A stretch of DNA of 60,000 nt, taken from NCBI RefSeq assembly GCF_018350175.1, contig NC_058383.1, positions 18,230,001 through 18,290,000 of the forward strand. The letters run 5' to 3'. Below are positions 13,226 through 26,564 of this stretch, piece by piece; the stretch's first letter is position 1; each line of letters begins with the position of its first letter. The DNA comes from Felis catus (lineage: Eukaryota). The position numbers and the translations under genes were made by a program. The notes under the pieces are model-generated. The model saw nothing but the letters and a program-made list of their open reading frames with translations, was not told the DNA's origin and ran no database searches.

Positions 13226-13272
<47 letters not shown>

Positions 13273-13294
13273 TATGTCAAAATGTGTGTGTGTG
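13226..13294. repeat. (TG)n microsatellite
   Basis: Long pure TG run plus a short second run. Confidence 0.95.
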
Positions 13295-13789
13295 TTTTTT
13301 TTTTTTTAACATTTAAACTGTTTTCCTTCTCTTTGCAGGAAAAACATGAATTAGCCTTTTAGAGTGATAGTTTTATAGCCTTAAGTAGCTACCTCTCACT
13401 TTTTTTGCTGTCCATTTTCTTCTCTTGGAAAACTTTAGGGAATTATTCTGTTGAATGTGTGCACTCTAGAAATATCTAATCTAGTTAAACAAACATGTCT
13501 AAACTAATTGTTAAACTATATATGATTTCCTCAGTGTGCACTGAAAAGTATATTTATGTAATAGGCTTTGTTATTATAGTACAAGATAAGAAAAGGCCTC
13601 AGTTCAAAGATAAAGGAAGAGCTTTTGGCATAATCCAATGTCTTTAAATTTAAATTTGCCATGTAAAAATACCAGTACGATATTTTGGTTTGTATAAGAT
13701 CAGTGTCAGTCTTCTTGTGATTTAAACCTTCTTATATTTTATATTGATTTTAAAAGTTAAGTAAATTATCATAGTTTTCAGACACTATT

Positions 13790-15945
13790 TTCCTTAAAAT
13801 ATTTTCTTTTAAAAATAGTCACCATGTTGGGGTGCCTGGGTGGTTCAGTCAGTTGAGTGTCTGGCTCTTGATTTTGGCTCAGGTCATGATCCCAGGGTCA
13901 TGGGATCGAGGTCCACATCTGGCTCTGTGCTCAGCATGCAACCTGCTTAAGATTCTGTCTCTCTGCCTCTGCCCCTCTCCTCCACTCTCTCTCTCTCTCT
14001 CCCTCCCTCCCTCCCTCCCTCAAATAAAAATAAAATAAAATAGTCACCATGCTGTACATTACATCCCCAGAACTTATCATATAATTGGAAGTTTGTACCT
14101 CTTGACCACCTTCATTCATTTCCCTTACCCCAACCCCTGCCTCTTTCAATCACCAATCTGTTCTCTGTCTCTATTAGTTTTGTTTGTTGTTGTTGTTGTT
14201 GTTTAGATTCCACATATAAGTGAAATATTATGGTGTTTCTCTTTATTTCACTTAGCATAGTGCCTTCAAGTTCCATCGATGCTGTCACAAATAGCAGAAT
14301 TTCTTGCCTTTTTATGGCTGAATAGTATTCCATCGAATATACATATCAATCACATCCTCTTTATCCATTCATCTATCAGTGGACACTTGGATTGTTTCCA
14401 TATCTTGGCTATTGTAAATAACCCCTTGGCTTCAATAAACATAGGGATGCATATGTCTTTTTGAATTAGTATTTTCATTTTCTTTGGGTAAATACCCAGT
14501 AGTGGAATTACTAGATCATATGGTATTTCTAGTTTTAACTTTTTGAGGAGCCTCCACACTGTTTTCCACAGTGGTTGCACCAATTTACATTCCCAATGAC
14601 TGTGCACGAGGGTTCCCTCTTTTCCACATCCTTGCCAACCCTTGTTTTTTCTTGTCTTTTTGATATTAGCCATTCTCACCAATGTGGTGTGATATCTCCT
14701 TGTGGTTTTGACTTGCATTTCCCTGATAATTAGTGATGCTGAGAATCTTTTCATGTATCTGTTGGCTATCTGTATGTCTTCTTTGGAAAAATGTCTATTC
14801 AGGTCCTCTGCCCATTTTAAAGTCAGATTTTTTTTTGGTGTTGTATAAGTTCTTTATATATTTCAGGTAAAAATATCATTATTGGAGTTTTTTTTAATGT
14901 TTATTTTTGAGAGAAAGAGAGAGAGAGAGTGGGGGAGAGGTAGAGAGAGAGGGAGGCACAGAATCCAAAACAGGCTCCAGGCTCTGAGCTGTCAGCAACA
15001 GAGCCCAATGTGGGGCTTGAACTTATGAACCGTTGAGATCATGACCTGAACCAAAGTCGAACATTTAACTGACTGAGCCACCCAGACACCCTAATCCCAT
15101 CATTTGATAGTCATTTACAAATATCTTCTTGCATTTAGTAGGTTGCCTTTTTGTTTTGTTGATAGCTTCCTTTGCTGTGCTAAAACTTTTTATTTTAGTG
15201 TAGTCTCAATAGTTGATTTTTGCTTTTGTTTTCCTTGCTTGAGAAAACATATCTAGAAAAATGTTGTTAAGGCTGGTGTCCAAGAGGTTACTGCTTTTAT
15301 GTGTTCTTTAAGAAGTTTTATTATTTCAGGTTTCACATTTAAGTCTTTTTTTAAAAATTATTTTACGTTTATTTATTTTTGAGAGACAGAGAGAGATAGA
15401 GCACAAGTGGGAGAGGGGCAGAAAGAGAAGGAGACACAGAATCCAAAGCAGGCTCCAGGCTCTGAGGTGTCAGCACAGAGCCCGATGCAGGGCTCGAACC
15501 CACAAACTGAGAGATCATGACCTGAGCCGAAGTCAGACGCTCAACCGACTGAGCCACCCAGGCGCCCCTCGCATTTAAGTCTTTAATCCATTTTGAGTTT
15601 ATTTTTGTGTTTGGTGTAAGAAAGTGATCCAGTTTTGCATGCAGTTGTCCTGTTTTCCCAGGATAAACTGTTGATTGATGAGACTGTCTTTTCCCTATCA
15701 TGTATTCTTGCCTCCTTTGTTGTAGATTAATTGACCATATAAGTGTGGGTTTATTACTAGGGTCTTTTCTGTTCTGTTGATTTATATGTCTTTTTTTTGT
15801 GCAAGTACCATACTGTTTTGATTACTATAACTTTGTAGGATAACTTGAAATCAGGAATTGTGATACCTCCCACTTTGTTCTTCAGGATTGCTTTGGCTAC
15901 TTGGAGTCTGTTGTAACACCATAAAAATTTGGGGATTATTAACTC
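13790..15945 (-). mobile_element. L1 3' portion (ORF2 C-terminus and 3' UTR) interrupted by SINEs at ~13829-14040(+), ~14888-15092(-), ~15346-15568(-)
   Basis: ORF 14350-14754 reads [35 protein letters not shown], the L1 ORF2p C-terminus. Confidence 0.9.
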
Positions 15946-15954
15946 TTGGTACTT

Positions 15955-16789
15955 TATTTTTTTAAGTTTATCTATTTATTTTTTGGGGGGAAGGGCAGAG
16001 AGGGAGAGAGAGAGAATGTCAAGAAGGCTTAGTACTGTCAGTACAGAGCCTGACACAGGGCTAAATCTCACGAACCATGAGATCATGACCTGAGCTGAAA
16101 TCAAGAGTCAGATGCTCAAACCAACTGAGTCACCCAGGCACCAAATATCTCTTTTCTTTAGATATTTGTTTCCTGTATATTGTTTCCTCTACAACTATTC
16201 TTGATTTTTCCTTTCCTAGATTCAGTCCTCAAAATTAGACTAATAACACTATTAGGATATTTTTTATGCCTAAATTAGCTTCGATTTTCTAAAAAAGCCA
16301 TTAGGTAACACAGAGATCTTCTCCTTTACTTTATAAAATGAAGAACAATAGGAATCATTAGGTTTACCAAGAATTCTCCAAATTCCTCTTCTCCAAATTC
16401 TCCTATTATTTTGAATTCATTAAATAAGAACTCTTTTGTCTTCTATACTCATAATTAAAAAATAATAAAACAAAGAGTTTTCTTCCTAAGTTATTTACAC
16501 GTGACTAAAGTGTAGGTTAATGTAAATATCTGTCAATGATTATATGCTTTTTAGTAAAAAAAAAAAAATCATTTTTTTAAGTTTTTATTTATTTAAGGGG
16601 GGGAGAGAGAAAGAGAGAGCACAAGTGGGGGATAGGCAGAGAGAGAGAGAGAGGGAGAGGGAGAGAGAATCCCAAGCAGGCTCCACACTACCAGTGCAGA
16701 GCCCAATGTGGGACTCGAACTCACAAACTGCAAGATCATGACCTGAGCTGAAGTCGGACTCTTAACCAACTGAGCCACCCAGGCACCCC
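15955..16789 (-). mobile_element. Two SINECs (~15955-16142, ~16572-16789) separated by ERV internal sequence
   Basis: Reverse-complement SINEC heads (..GAGCCACCCAGGCACCCC). Confidence 0.85.
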
Positions 16790-16906
16790 AAGCATAATCA
16801 TTTTTAAGCACAAAAATTGGTGTGATAACTATCTACAAAAAGATCAGTTTCCAAGATTTTAGTGTCACAAGCATCTTTCCTTTATCTTCATGAAAAGTCT
16901 GAACAA

Positions 16907-17395
16907 GGGGCTCCTGGGTGGCTCAGTGGGTTAAGCGTCTGACTTCAGCTCAGGTCATGATCTCACAGTTCATGGGTTCAAGCCCCGTGTCGGGCTCTGT
17001 GCTGACAGCTTGGAACCTGGAGCCTGCTTCGGATTCTGTGTCTCCCTCTCTCTCTGCCCCTCCCCTGCTCATGCTGTCTCTCTTTGTCTCTCAAAAACAA
17101 ATAAATGTAAAAAAATTTTTTTAATAATAAAAAAAAGTCCAGGGGCGCCTGGGTGGCGCAGTCGGTTAAGCGTCCGACTTCAGCCAGGTCACGATCTCGC
17201 GGTCCGTGAGTTCGAGCCCCGCGTCGGGCTCTGGGCTGATGGCTCAGAGCCTGGAGCCTGTTTCCGATTCTGTGTCTCCCTCTCTCTCTGCCCCTCCCCC
17301 GTTCATGCTCTGTCTCTCTCTGTCCCAAAAATAAATAAACGTTGAAAAAAAAAATTAAAAAAAAAATAATAATAATAAAAAAAAGTCTGAACAAG
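16907..17395 (+). mobile_element. Nested SINE pair: older SINEC (16907-~17139) and young SINEC_Fc (17142-~17369)
   Basis: Outer TSD AAAAGTCTGAACAA (16893-16906, 17381-17394); inner TSD TAATAATAAAAAAAAGTC (17122-17139, 17370-17387). Confidence 0.92.
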
Positions 17396-17869
17396 CATTA
17401 GGAGTACCGGTCAACTTTCAGATGGGGGTCATCAGAGGCCTACTGCTTATTTCAGTTTTTCATTAGATCCAATAGCCACGGCATACCTACCTTGTCTAAG
17501 AGCTATAGAAACAACAGCAGAATGCATACAACTTTCCATTGATTTATTTAGTTCTAAGGTCTCTGCTAACTATGGTTCCCCATTCTAAAGACTCTTCTAC
17601 TGACAGAAAACACTCAATACTTCTCAGCTGGTGGCCTATCTCCCTATGACATACTATTATTTTCCCTTTACGTGTCATTGTCCGTCACTGCAACCCTGTA
17701 AATCAGACACCCTCCTTTTCTTACATGGAGGAGGAGAAGCCCATGGTTGTTTTCTCTCTTAGGGAACTCACAAATCCTGGAAAGACCGTCTAGAGATTCC
17801 CTTGTACCCCTGCTTTAATTGCGTTTGTTGATTAATCTTACTTTAAAAAGATAAATACCAATACCAGAC

Positions 17870-19177
17870 ATAATGGAGCTTAATGAGGAAAGACTGAAAG
17901 CTTTTCCTCTAAGATCAGAAAAATAATGAGAATGCCTACTATTGCCACTTGTATTTAACATAGTACTGGAAGTCCTAGCCACAGCAGTTAGGCAAGAGAA
18001 AAATTAAAGTCATCCAAACTGAATAAAAATGTCATCCAAATTGGAAAGAAGAAGTAAATTTTTCTTTATTCAAGGATGACATAATCTTATACGTAGAAAG
18101 CCCTAAAGATTCCACAAAAAACCCACTAGAGCCAATAAAGGAATTTTAACAAAGTGTGCAATACAAAATTGACACTCAAAAATCAGTTGTTTCTACATAC
18201 TAACAATGACCAATCTGAGAATGAAATTAAGAAAACAATTCCATTTACAATAGCATCAAAAATAATAAAATACTGGAGCACCTGGGTGGCTCAGTCATTA
18301 ACCATCTGACTTTGGCTCAGGTCATGATTTCACTGTTTGTGAGTTCGAGCCCTGCATCAGGCTCTGGGATGGCAGCTTGGAGCCTGGAGTCTGCTTCTGT
18401 CTCTGTCTCTCTACCCCTCCTCTGCTTGCTCTCTCTCTCTCTTTCTCTCTCAAATGTAAAATAAAACATAAAACAAATTTTTAGTAATGAAATACTGAGG
18501 AATAAGCTTAACCAAGTAGACAAAGGGCTTGTACACTGAAAACTATAAAATGTTGCTGAAAGAGCTTATGGAAGAACCAAATAAATCAAAAGAAATCCAA
18601 GTTTATGAGTTGGAAGACTTAATATTGTTAAGATGTTGATACCACCCAAATTCATCTACAGATATGTGCAGTCCCCAATAGTGATTTTTGCAGAAATAGG
18701 ACAATCCATCCTAAAATTCATATGGAATCCCAATGGACCCTGAATAGCCAAAATGGTTTCGAAAAGTAACAAAATTGGAGATCTCACAGTTACTGATTTC
18801 AAAATGTACCACAAAGCCATAGCAATTAGAACAGTGGGGCACTGACATAAGGATAGATATATAGACCAAGGGAATAAAATAGACAGTCCAGAAATAAACC
18901 CTCAAACATATGGTTAAATGATTTTCAGCAAGGATACCAACATCATTCAATGGGGAAAAGCTAGTCTTTTCAACAAATGGTTGAGAAAACTGGATATCCA
19001 CATGCAAAAGAATGAAGTCGAGCCTTTATCTTACACCATATACAAAAATTAATTCAAAATGCATGGAAGAACTAAATGTAAGACCTGAAATTATACTCTT
19101 AGAAGAAAACATAGGGGAAAAGCTTCATGATGTTGGATTTGGCAATGTTTTTTTAAATAAGACACCAAAATCACAGA

Positions 19178-19208
<31 letters not shown>

Positions 19209-20130
19209 AGAAAATAGATAAACGAGAACTACATAAAAATTTAAAATTCTGCGTATCAAAGGACACAATCAACAGAGTGAAGAGGGAACCTGTGGAATGA
19301 GAGGAAATATTTGCCAATCCAGTATCTGCTAAAGACTTAATATCAGGAACACATAAAGAACTCCTACAATTCAACAACAGCAACAACAAAAAATTAACCT
19401 GACTAAAAAATGGGCAAAGCACTTGAATAGATATTTTTCCAAAGAACATATACAAATGACCAAAAACACATGAAAAGATGCTCAACATTACTAATCATTA
19501 GGGGAATGCAAATCAAAACCACAGTTAGTTACCACTTCATATCTACCATATGATCCAGCAATTCCACTTCTGGATATATACCCAAAAGAACTGAAAGCAG
19601 AGTATCAAAGAGATATTTGTACACCCATATGTATACAGCATATTCACAAGAGCCAAAAAGTAGAAAAAACCCAAGGGCCCATCAACAGATGAATGAATAG
19701 ACCAAATATGGTATCTGCATACAATGAAATATTATTTAGCCTTAAAAAGGAAGGAAATTGTGACATATGCTCTAATATGGTGAACCTTGAAGACATTATG
19801 CTAAGTGAAATAAGCCAGTCACAAAAAGACAAATACTGTATGATTCCACTGATATGAGGTACTAGAGTAGTCAAATTCATAGAGACAGAAAGTAGAATGG
19901 TGGTTGCCAGGGCTTGGGGAAAAGGGGAAGGGGAGTCATTATTTAACGAGAACAGAGTTTCAGTTTTGCAAGATGAAAAAAGTTCTGGAGATGGATGGTT
20001 GTGATGGTTGCACAATGTGAATGTACTCTTAAAATGTACCTTAAAAATGTACTAAACTGTACAGCTAAAAATGGCTAAGATGCTAAGCCATAACATGAGA
20101 TTTACTTTATGTGTATTTTACCACAACTAA
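17870..20130 (+). mobile_element. L1 (L1MB-like) ORF2 RT region to 3' UTR, with SINE at ~18275-18480
   Basis: L1 ORF2 motifs (ACTGGAAGTCCTAGCC, GATGACATAATC, YLTPYTKINSK) and a typical 3' UTR. Confidence 0.88.
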
Positions 20131-20155
20131 CAATTTAGAAAAGAGAGAAATATAT

Positions 20156-20277
20156 GAGACACCTGGGTGGCTCAGTCGGTTGGGCATCGGTTGGTTTTGG
20201 CTCAGGTCATGATCTCACAGTTTGTGGGTTTGAGCTCTATACTGGGTTAGGCGCTGGTGGTGCGGAGCCTGCTTGGG

Positions 20278-20317
<40 letters not shown>

Positions 20318-20629
20318 CCTCTCCCCAGCTTGTGCTCTCTTGCTCTCTGTCATGATAAAGAAATAAACTTAAAAATTTTAAGAGATTTATTCGTTTTCGA
20401 GAGACAAAGTGTGAGTGGGGGAGGGGCAGACAGCGAGGAAGACACAGAATCTCAAGCAGGCTCCAGGCTCTGAGCTGTCAGTACAGAGCCCAACACAGGG
20501 CTCAGAATCACAGACTGTGAGATCATGACCTGAGCCGAAGTTGCACACTCAACCAATGAGCCACCCAGGTGCCCCAATAAATAAATAAACTTAAAAAAAA
20601 AAAAAAAGAAAAAGTAAAAAAAAAAAAAA
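20156..20629. mobile_element. SINEC (+) with an opposite-orientation SINEC (~20376-20575) inserted in its tail
   Basis: AATAAACTTAAAAA occurs on both sides of the inner element; the A tail resumes after 20575. Confidence 0.85.
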
Positions 20630-20889
20630 ATCCAAGCAGCCTATGTTATCACAATCTTGGATTTATCCTTGTAAGCTTGTTCCAGATGTTAAATCAGTTT
20701 AGATGGTAAATAAATTACCTTCACCCAGGCCTGCAAACTGATGAAAGATAATAAAACAAATATTCATACCGACAGTGGGTTTACACTTTTAGGTCAATTC
20801 CTGACTTCAAAATGCATCGGAAACAGACATTCTAACTTAGAAAAATGGTGTGGCTTCATCTCATAAAATTGAACACTCATATATGCTAT

Positions 20890-21335
20890 TGTGCAGGTTC
20901 TGGGCCTATTTGCTCTTGGAGCCACTCTTCATAGTCCTCTGCTGTGCTCAGTTTTATGGCTGGGTGACTGCTACAGGCTATCCATCTCAAGCAGCCATGT
21001 CAGCTGGCTTCCAGTTGGGTTCAAGCAATGGAAGGCAATGGAGGGAGAATGTAAAGCAGAAGGAAGGGAGGAGCCAGGATATTTCTCTACCAGCACCCTC
21101 CCCCACCCTCACTTCCTATTCCCATAGTATACTCTATGATGGCTGTAGCTATCACATCTCCCATGGGAGAGGCTGGCCATAATTCCAACTTCTACAGGTG
21201 ACCCTGACCCTAGGATCTGGTAACACTAAACTTTGTCCCTCCATCCTAAGAGTGGTGATAAGAGTGGTTAACAGCTTTCAGCTATTGTTAATTTTTGGAG
21301 AAGCTTACCACCTCCTGTTAGGGTTCTCGGCCATT
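20890..21335 (-). mobile_element. Old ERVL-type solo LTR (LTR33/LTR41-like)
   Basis: CTGGCTTCCAGTTGGGTTCAAGCAATGGAAGGCA..GGAGGGAGA motif typical of this group; subfamily uncertain. Confidence 0.5.
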
Positions 21336-21856
21336 GGTTATCATACTACTCAGCAATAAAAAGGAACAAACTATTGAAACATGCAACGACTTAAACCTCA
21401 AGGTCACTTACATAAAATTATTTAAAAATTTTTGTGTGTGTGTGTGGGGGGAACTTGAGCGGGGGGAGCAGAGGGTGAGAGAGAGAATCTCAAGCAGGCT
21501 CCTGTATCTTGATGGTGGTGGTGGTTACATAATTCTACACATGATAAAATTCAGTATGTACACAGAACTGTATATACACACACAAATGAATGCATGTAAA
21601 ACTGATGAAGTCTGAATAGTCTGTGGATTGTACCAGTATCAATTTTCTGATTGTGACACTGCACTACTGTTATGTAAGATGTTACCATTGGGATTGCTAC
21701 CATTTCTTTGGGTGAATGCCCAGAAGTAGAATTACTGGAATTACTTGTGGATATGTTATTATTTCCAAATAAAAACTTATTAAATTTTAAAAAAGAAACA
21801 GATTTCCTGACATATCCCTCTAAAATGAACAGCAGATTAAGAACTTTTAGATGTTT

Positions 21857-22080
21857 GGGGTGCCTGGATGGCTCAGTCGGTTAAGCATCCGACTTTGGCT
21901 TGGGTCATGATCTCACGGTTTGAGTTCAAGCCCCACGTTGGGCTCTGTGCTGACATCTCAGAGCCTGGAGCCTGCTTTGGATTCTGTGTCTCCCTCTTTC
22001 TCTGCCCTTCCACCGCTCATGCTCTCTCTCTCCTTCAAAAATAAATAAACATTTTAAAAAACTAAAAACAAAAAAAAAGA
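21857..22080 (+). mobile_element. SINEC_Fc-type SINE
   Basis: TSD AAGAACTTTTAGATGTTT. Confidence 0.9.
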
Positions 22081-22099
22081 ACTTTTAGATGTTTTGCTG

Positions 22100-23160
22100 T
22101 TATCTAAGAGGTAAACATAGTCAAAATGGAGTTTAGCATAAATGCTTCCTGATACTGCCCATATAGCAGAGATAAATTAACAACACTGAACCAACATGGG
22201 TGGGGGTAACTTTCAGGGTCTTGCAGAGGATGCTTCCAATGCATGCCCTAATTGCCAAGGACATATTCCCTGCAAGACTATCTATAAAGGTAGGACATGA
22301 ACAGGAACCAAAGCCTCCCAGGCCCTGTGAACACCTCCAGATGAACTATGAGTGTTCTGGTTATTGTGGTTTAACTTAATCACGATGGATTAAGTTTTTC
22401 TCTCGCTGGAGAGCTATGTACGTACTAGTGGAGAAAAAATTACTTGATTTTAAAATTCCCGACGTTGGTGGTGCTGGGGCGGGGGGTGTCTCAATTTATC
22501 TCTCTGATAACAGAAACACATGCACTGGTACCATTATTTTCTTAATTTCTTTTACTCAGAAAATAAACTCTCCATATCATCCACTATCTTCAACAAAAAT
22601 AAGAGAACTAAAGGAATTTGAAAGCTCATAATTATCAAAACTCTCAGAAACCCCAAGCTTTGCCACTGCGCTTGGTACCACAAGATCAATTCCCTCCAAG
22701 ATTCACAAGTTATTTCCTACTGAGTTGATGGCCCCATGCATTTGGGAATTACTTCTAATCCTAGACTGATCCTGTTATAAACTTATATGACTAATTTCTG
22801 CAGGGACTCGTATAATACCTCCAGACTTACCACTGATAAATATTTCCAAAACATCCACCTAAGCAGCTCTGCATGATCTGATACCTAGAGATTTGGTCTT
22901 GTGGAAAAGAATGAAAAACAACAACCACAACAACTGCCCTTGATCCTCTAAACAAATGACCTTTAACAAATAACTGAGACGATAATAAACTCCAAATTGT
23001 TGACCCTGAGGCTCATATTTCCCAACTAAAAAGACATATATCACTTTCTCCTGAATACTGGCATCTAGTCCAATAGGGGACCTCAAAATGAGGATTCTTG
23101 GCATTTCTCTAGAAATTGCTGACTGTGGGCAGCTTCTGTCCCAGATGATGGAACAGGATG
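22100..23160 (+). pseudogene. ERV pol integrase remnant
   Basis: ORF 22416-22631 has VEKKLLDFKIP, LSDNRNTCTG and PYHPLSS (resembling rve SDRGTHFTG, YHPQSSG); downstream DLIPRDLVLWKR (22875) and DPEAHISQLKR (23002) resemble the integrase C-terminus; many stops and frameshifts. Confidence 0.75.
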
Positions 23161-23539
23161 CTAATGGAACACCTTCTACAGAAGACAAGATTAATTTTTT
23201 ATTTCTTCTGTACCCTTTTCCATACCCTTTGTTCTACTAGTAATTCTACCTATTATTGTCTTTAACATCCCCTCTTTAATTGACTAATATTTTCTTAATA
23301 TGATCTTCTGTATCTTCATTCTGTTACTTTTGAACCCCAGTGGTTTCTTTTTGTTACTTAAGGAAAAAAAATGCTGGTGCATATTTCTCAGATCTTAGCT
23401 ACTGCTCTGAATTTTCTTTCACAGATAGGTAGGCAGTGTTTAATTATTTTACAATGTGCACATTACAAAAACATTAAAATCACATTTTAAATGTTATCTA
23501 TCACTAATCTAAGTAAAGTACAACATTCCATTAAATTTT

Positions 23540-24560
23540 TTTTCTATTTTTAAAATAGAAATGACACACAATGTTATTACATTAGTTGCAGGTGTACAAC
23601 ATAGTGATTGGACAATTCTATACATTACTCAATGCTCATCACTATAATATGGTGTAGTCACCACCCAACAGTATTACAGTATTATGAACTGCATAATTAC
23701 TGACTACATTCCCTATGCTGTTCTTTTCAACTGCATGGCTTATTTATGTCATAACTGGAAAATTGGTGCCTCTTAATCTCCTTCACCTATTTTGCCTCCA
23801 CCAGCTTATTCTCTGTATTTATGAATCTTCTTCTGTTTTTTTTGTTTGTCCATTTACTCTGCTTTTTAAATTCTACATATAAGTGAAGTTATGTGGTATT
23901 TGTCTTTCTCTGTCTGACTTATTTTACTTAGTATAATACCCTCTAGGTCCATCTATGTTGTTGCAAATAACAAGATCTCATTCTTTTATATGGCTAAGTA
24001 ATATTTCATTATGTATATATACCACATCTTTATCCATTCATCTATTGATGGACATTTAGGTTCTATATCTTGGCTAGTGCAATGCTGCAATGAACATAGG
24101 GGTACATATATCTTTTCGAATTACTGTTTTCATTTTCATTTTCTATTTATTATCTATTTATCTATTTGTTTATTTGTTTGTTTTATTTTTGAGAGACAGA
24201 GCATGAGCAGGGGAGGGGCAGAGAGAGGGAGACACAGAATCTGAAGCAGGCTCCAGGCTCTGAGCTGTCAACACAGAGCCCGATGTGGGGCTCAAACCCA
24301 TGAACTGTGAGATCGTGACCTGAGCCAAAGTCAGATGCTTAACCAACGGAGCCACCCAGGCGCCTCAGTGTTTTCATCTTTTTTGGGTAAATGTCCAGCA
24401 GTGGAGTTACTGGATCGTATGGTATTTCTCTTCTTAATTTTTTGAGGAACTGCCATCCTGCTTTCCACAGTAGAAAGCACATTTCCAATTCACATTCCCA
24501 CCAACAGTGCATGAGGATTCCCCTTTTTTTCATATCCACACCAACACTTGTTATTTGTAT
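23540..24560 (-). mobile_element. Carnivore L1 3' fragment with SINEC at ~24145-24364
   Basis: L1 3' UTR and ORF2 end (HCWWEC..IPYDPVTPLLDIYPK). Confidence 0.85.
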
Positions 24561-25438
24561 TGCTCTGAATTTAACTCATTGCTGGACCTGTCGCCTCCCC
24601 AGCTAATCTTGCTGACAAAAAAACAAAAGCAAAAACAAAAAACAAAAAACAAAAAACTTCCAGAAGGTAGAATTCCTTCCACAGGTCCTTTCCAGTCTTG
24701 AGTTCTCCTTACATAATTAATTCCAAAATTTAGTCCTGTAGAAATTGGACCTGAACAAAATGCTTTTGCTGAGGTCATTATAACCCTACTAGTAAAACCT
24801 AGGTTATCGGGAATGGGAACTAATGTTGGGGCTATTCTTGCTACAGACACTCTAGCCTACTTATAGTAATTATGTAATCGCACTCAAGGAATCTGTCTAC
24901 CTCAGGAGTTCAAAAGTTGGATACACTTATTTTGATACATGATATTTATCTCCCAATACAACCTATGCCTTGCTGGGGTCATACTTCTTGTTCAGACATC
25001 AAGCTCTTACTTGCTGCTACACACTAACTTATCCTACAGATTCAGGGTAACTGTTAGAGCCTTTCGGGTATTTTCAACAACCACCTTTCCAGTGGATCAT
25101 GTTTTCCTGAGAATGGTACCTAGAAATCTCTGAAATGAGACAAGAATAGGCTACTCAGATAAACTCCCAGGAGGGATAACCTACTCCCTAATCATGCATG
25201 CGATACGAGCTTCACTTCCCAGAGAGGGAAAAGACTACTGCAAAAGAGGATGCAAAACTTGTCCGTAACCTCACCAGACATCATAAGCAATACATCTACT
25301 CAGAAGCTCAACAACCAACTTAAACTTAAATTTGTTAACCAAGGTGAAAGTTATGCTTCTGTAAACACTTGTTGCTGCACCTGCAAAATACAGGTCAAGT
25401 AGAACAGTCTGCAACTGTGCTAAAAGAAGTCACTTGAA

Positions 25439-25664
25439 GGGCACCTGGGTGACACAGTCGGTCAAGCATCAGACTTTTGATTTTGGCCCAGGTCATGATC
25501 TCACAGTTGTAGGATCGAGCCCTGTGTGGGTCTCAGTGCTGGGCATGGAGCCTGCTTGGGAATCTCTCTCTCCCTCTCTCTCTGCCCCCCCACCTCCTCC
25601 TCCCCCCCCTCCTCTTCCTCCTCCTCCTCCTTCTTCTTCTTCTTCTTCTTCTTCTTCTTCTTCT

Positions 25665-25708
<44 letters not shown>

Positions 25709-25730
25709 ATAAATAAATATTAAAATAAAG
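25439..25730 (+). mobile_element. SINEC with expanded (CCT)n(CTT)n(CT)n tract
   Basis: TSD AAGAAGTCACTTGAA (25424-25438, 25731-25745). Confidence 0.9.
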
Positions 25731-25924
25731 AAGAAGTCACTTGAATCTCTAAAAAAGACAAGCTGGGCTTTTGGACATGGTTTTATTGCCTGGGTTTGAT
25801 AACCTGGGCCACTGTCTTGAGGACCTATTACAAGAAGTAATAGTTCAATAGAAACTAGTTTGTTTTTGGTAATTTCCTGTAATGTAGTTGGCTGATGTAC
25901 CATTTTCAGAGTCTTTCTTCAAAA

Positions 25925-26343
25925 TATTTTTTATTTATTTTGTGAGACAGAGCAAGAGTGAGTGGGGTAAGGGCGGAGAGAGGGAGAAAGAGAATCCCAA
26001 GCAGGCTCCATGCTGACAGTGCAGGGCCTGACGTGAGGCTCGAACACACGAACTGTGAGATCATGACCTAAGCCGGAATCAAGAGTTGGACACCCAGGGT
26101 GCCTGGGCGGCTCAGTCGGTTGAGCGTCCGACTTCAGCTCAGGTCATGATCTCATGCTTCATGAGTTCGAGCCCTGCATCAGGCTCTGTGCTGACAGCTC
26201 AGAGCCTGGAGCCTGCTTCTGATTCTGTGTCTCCCTCTTTCTCTGCCCCTCCCCCACTCATGCCCTGTCTCTCTTTGTCTCAGAAATAAATAAACATTAA
26301 AAAAAAATTGGATGCCCAACCAACTGAGCCACCAAGGTGCCCC
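25925..26343 (-). mobile_element. SINEC (-) split by a + strand SINEC (~26096-26308)
   Basis: Outer element breaks at ..AAGAGTTGGA and resumes at TTGGATGCCCAACCAACTGAGCC. Confidence 0.85.
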
Positions 26344-26564
26344 TTGTCTTCAGAGTCTTAAATGCTACTATGTAACCAAAATCATGTCAGAGGATTCAAC
26401 AACTCTTGCTGTAACAAAAGGAGAAGGTGAGACTGACCTAAGCTGAACTATAGATGTTCTCTTGGCAATCCCCTAATGAGAAAAATCTTGGCAATGGCAA
26501 AGAGCTGAGTAGTAGACTAAAATCCTAAGGCCTGATTCCATCTGCCCTTGGCCAAGAGGGAGAC

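Noticed and set aside
25434..25903. Poly-Pro/Ser and poly-Glu/Gly/Lys ORFs
   Set aside because: Translations of the compound microsatellite in a SINE.
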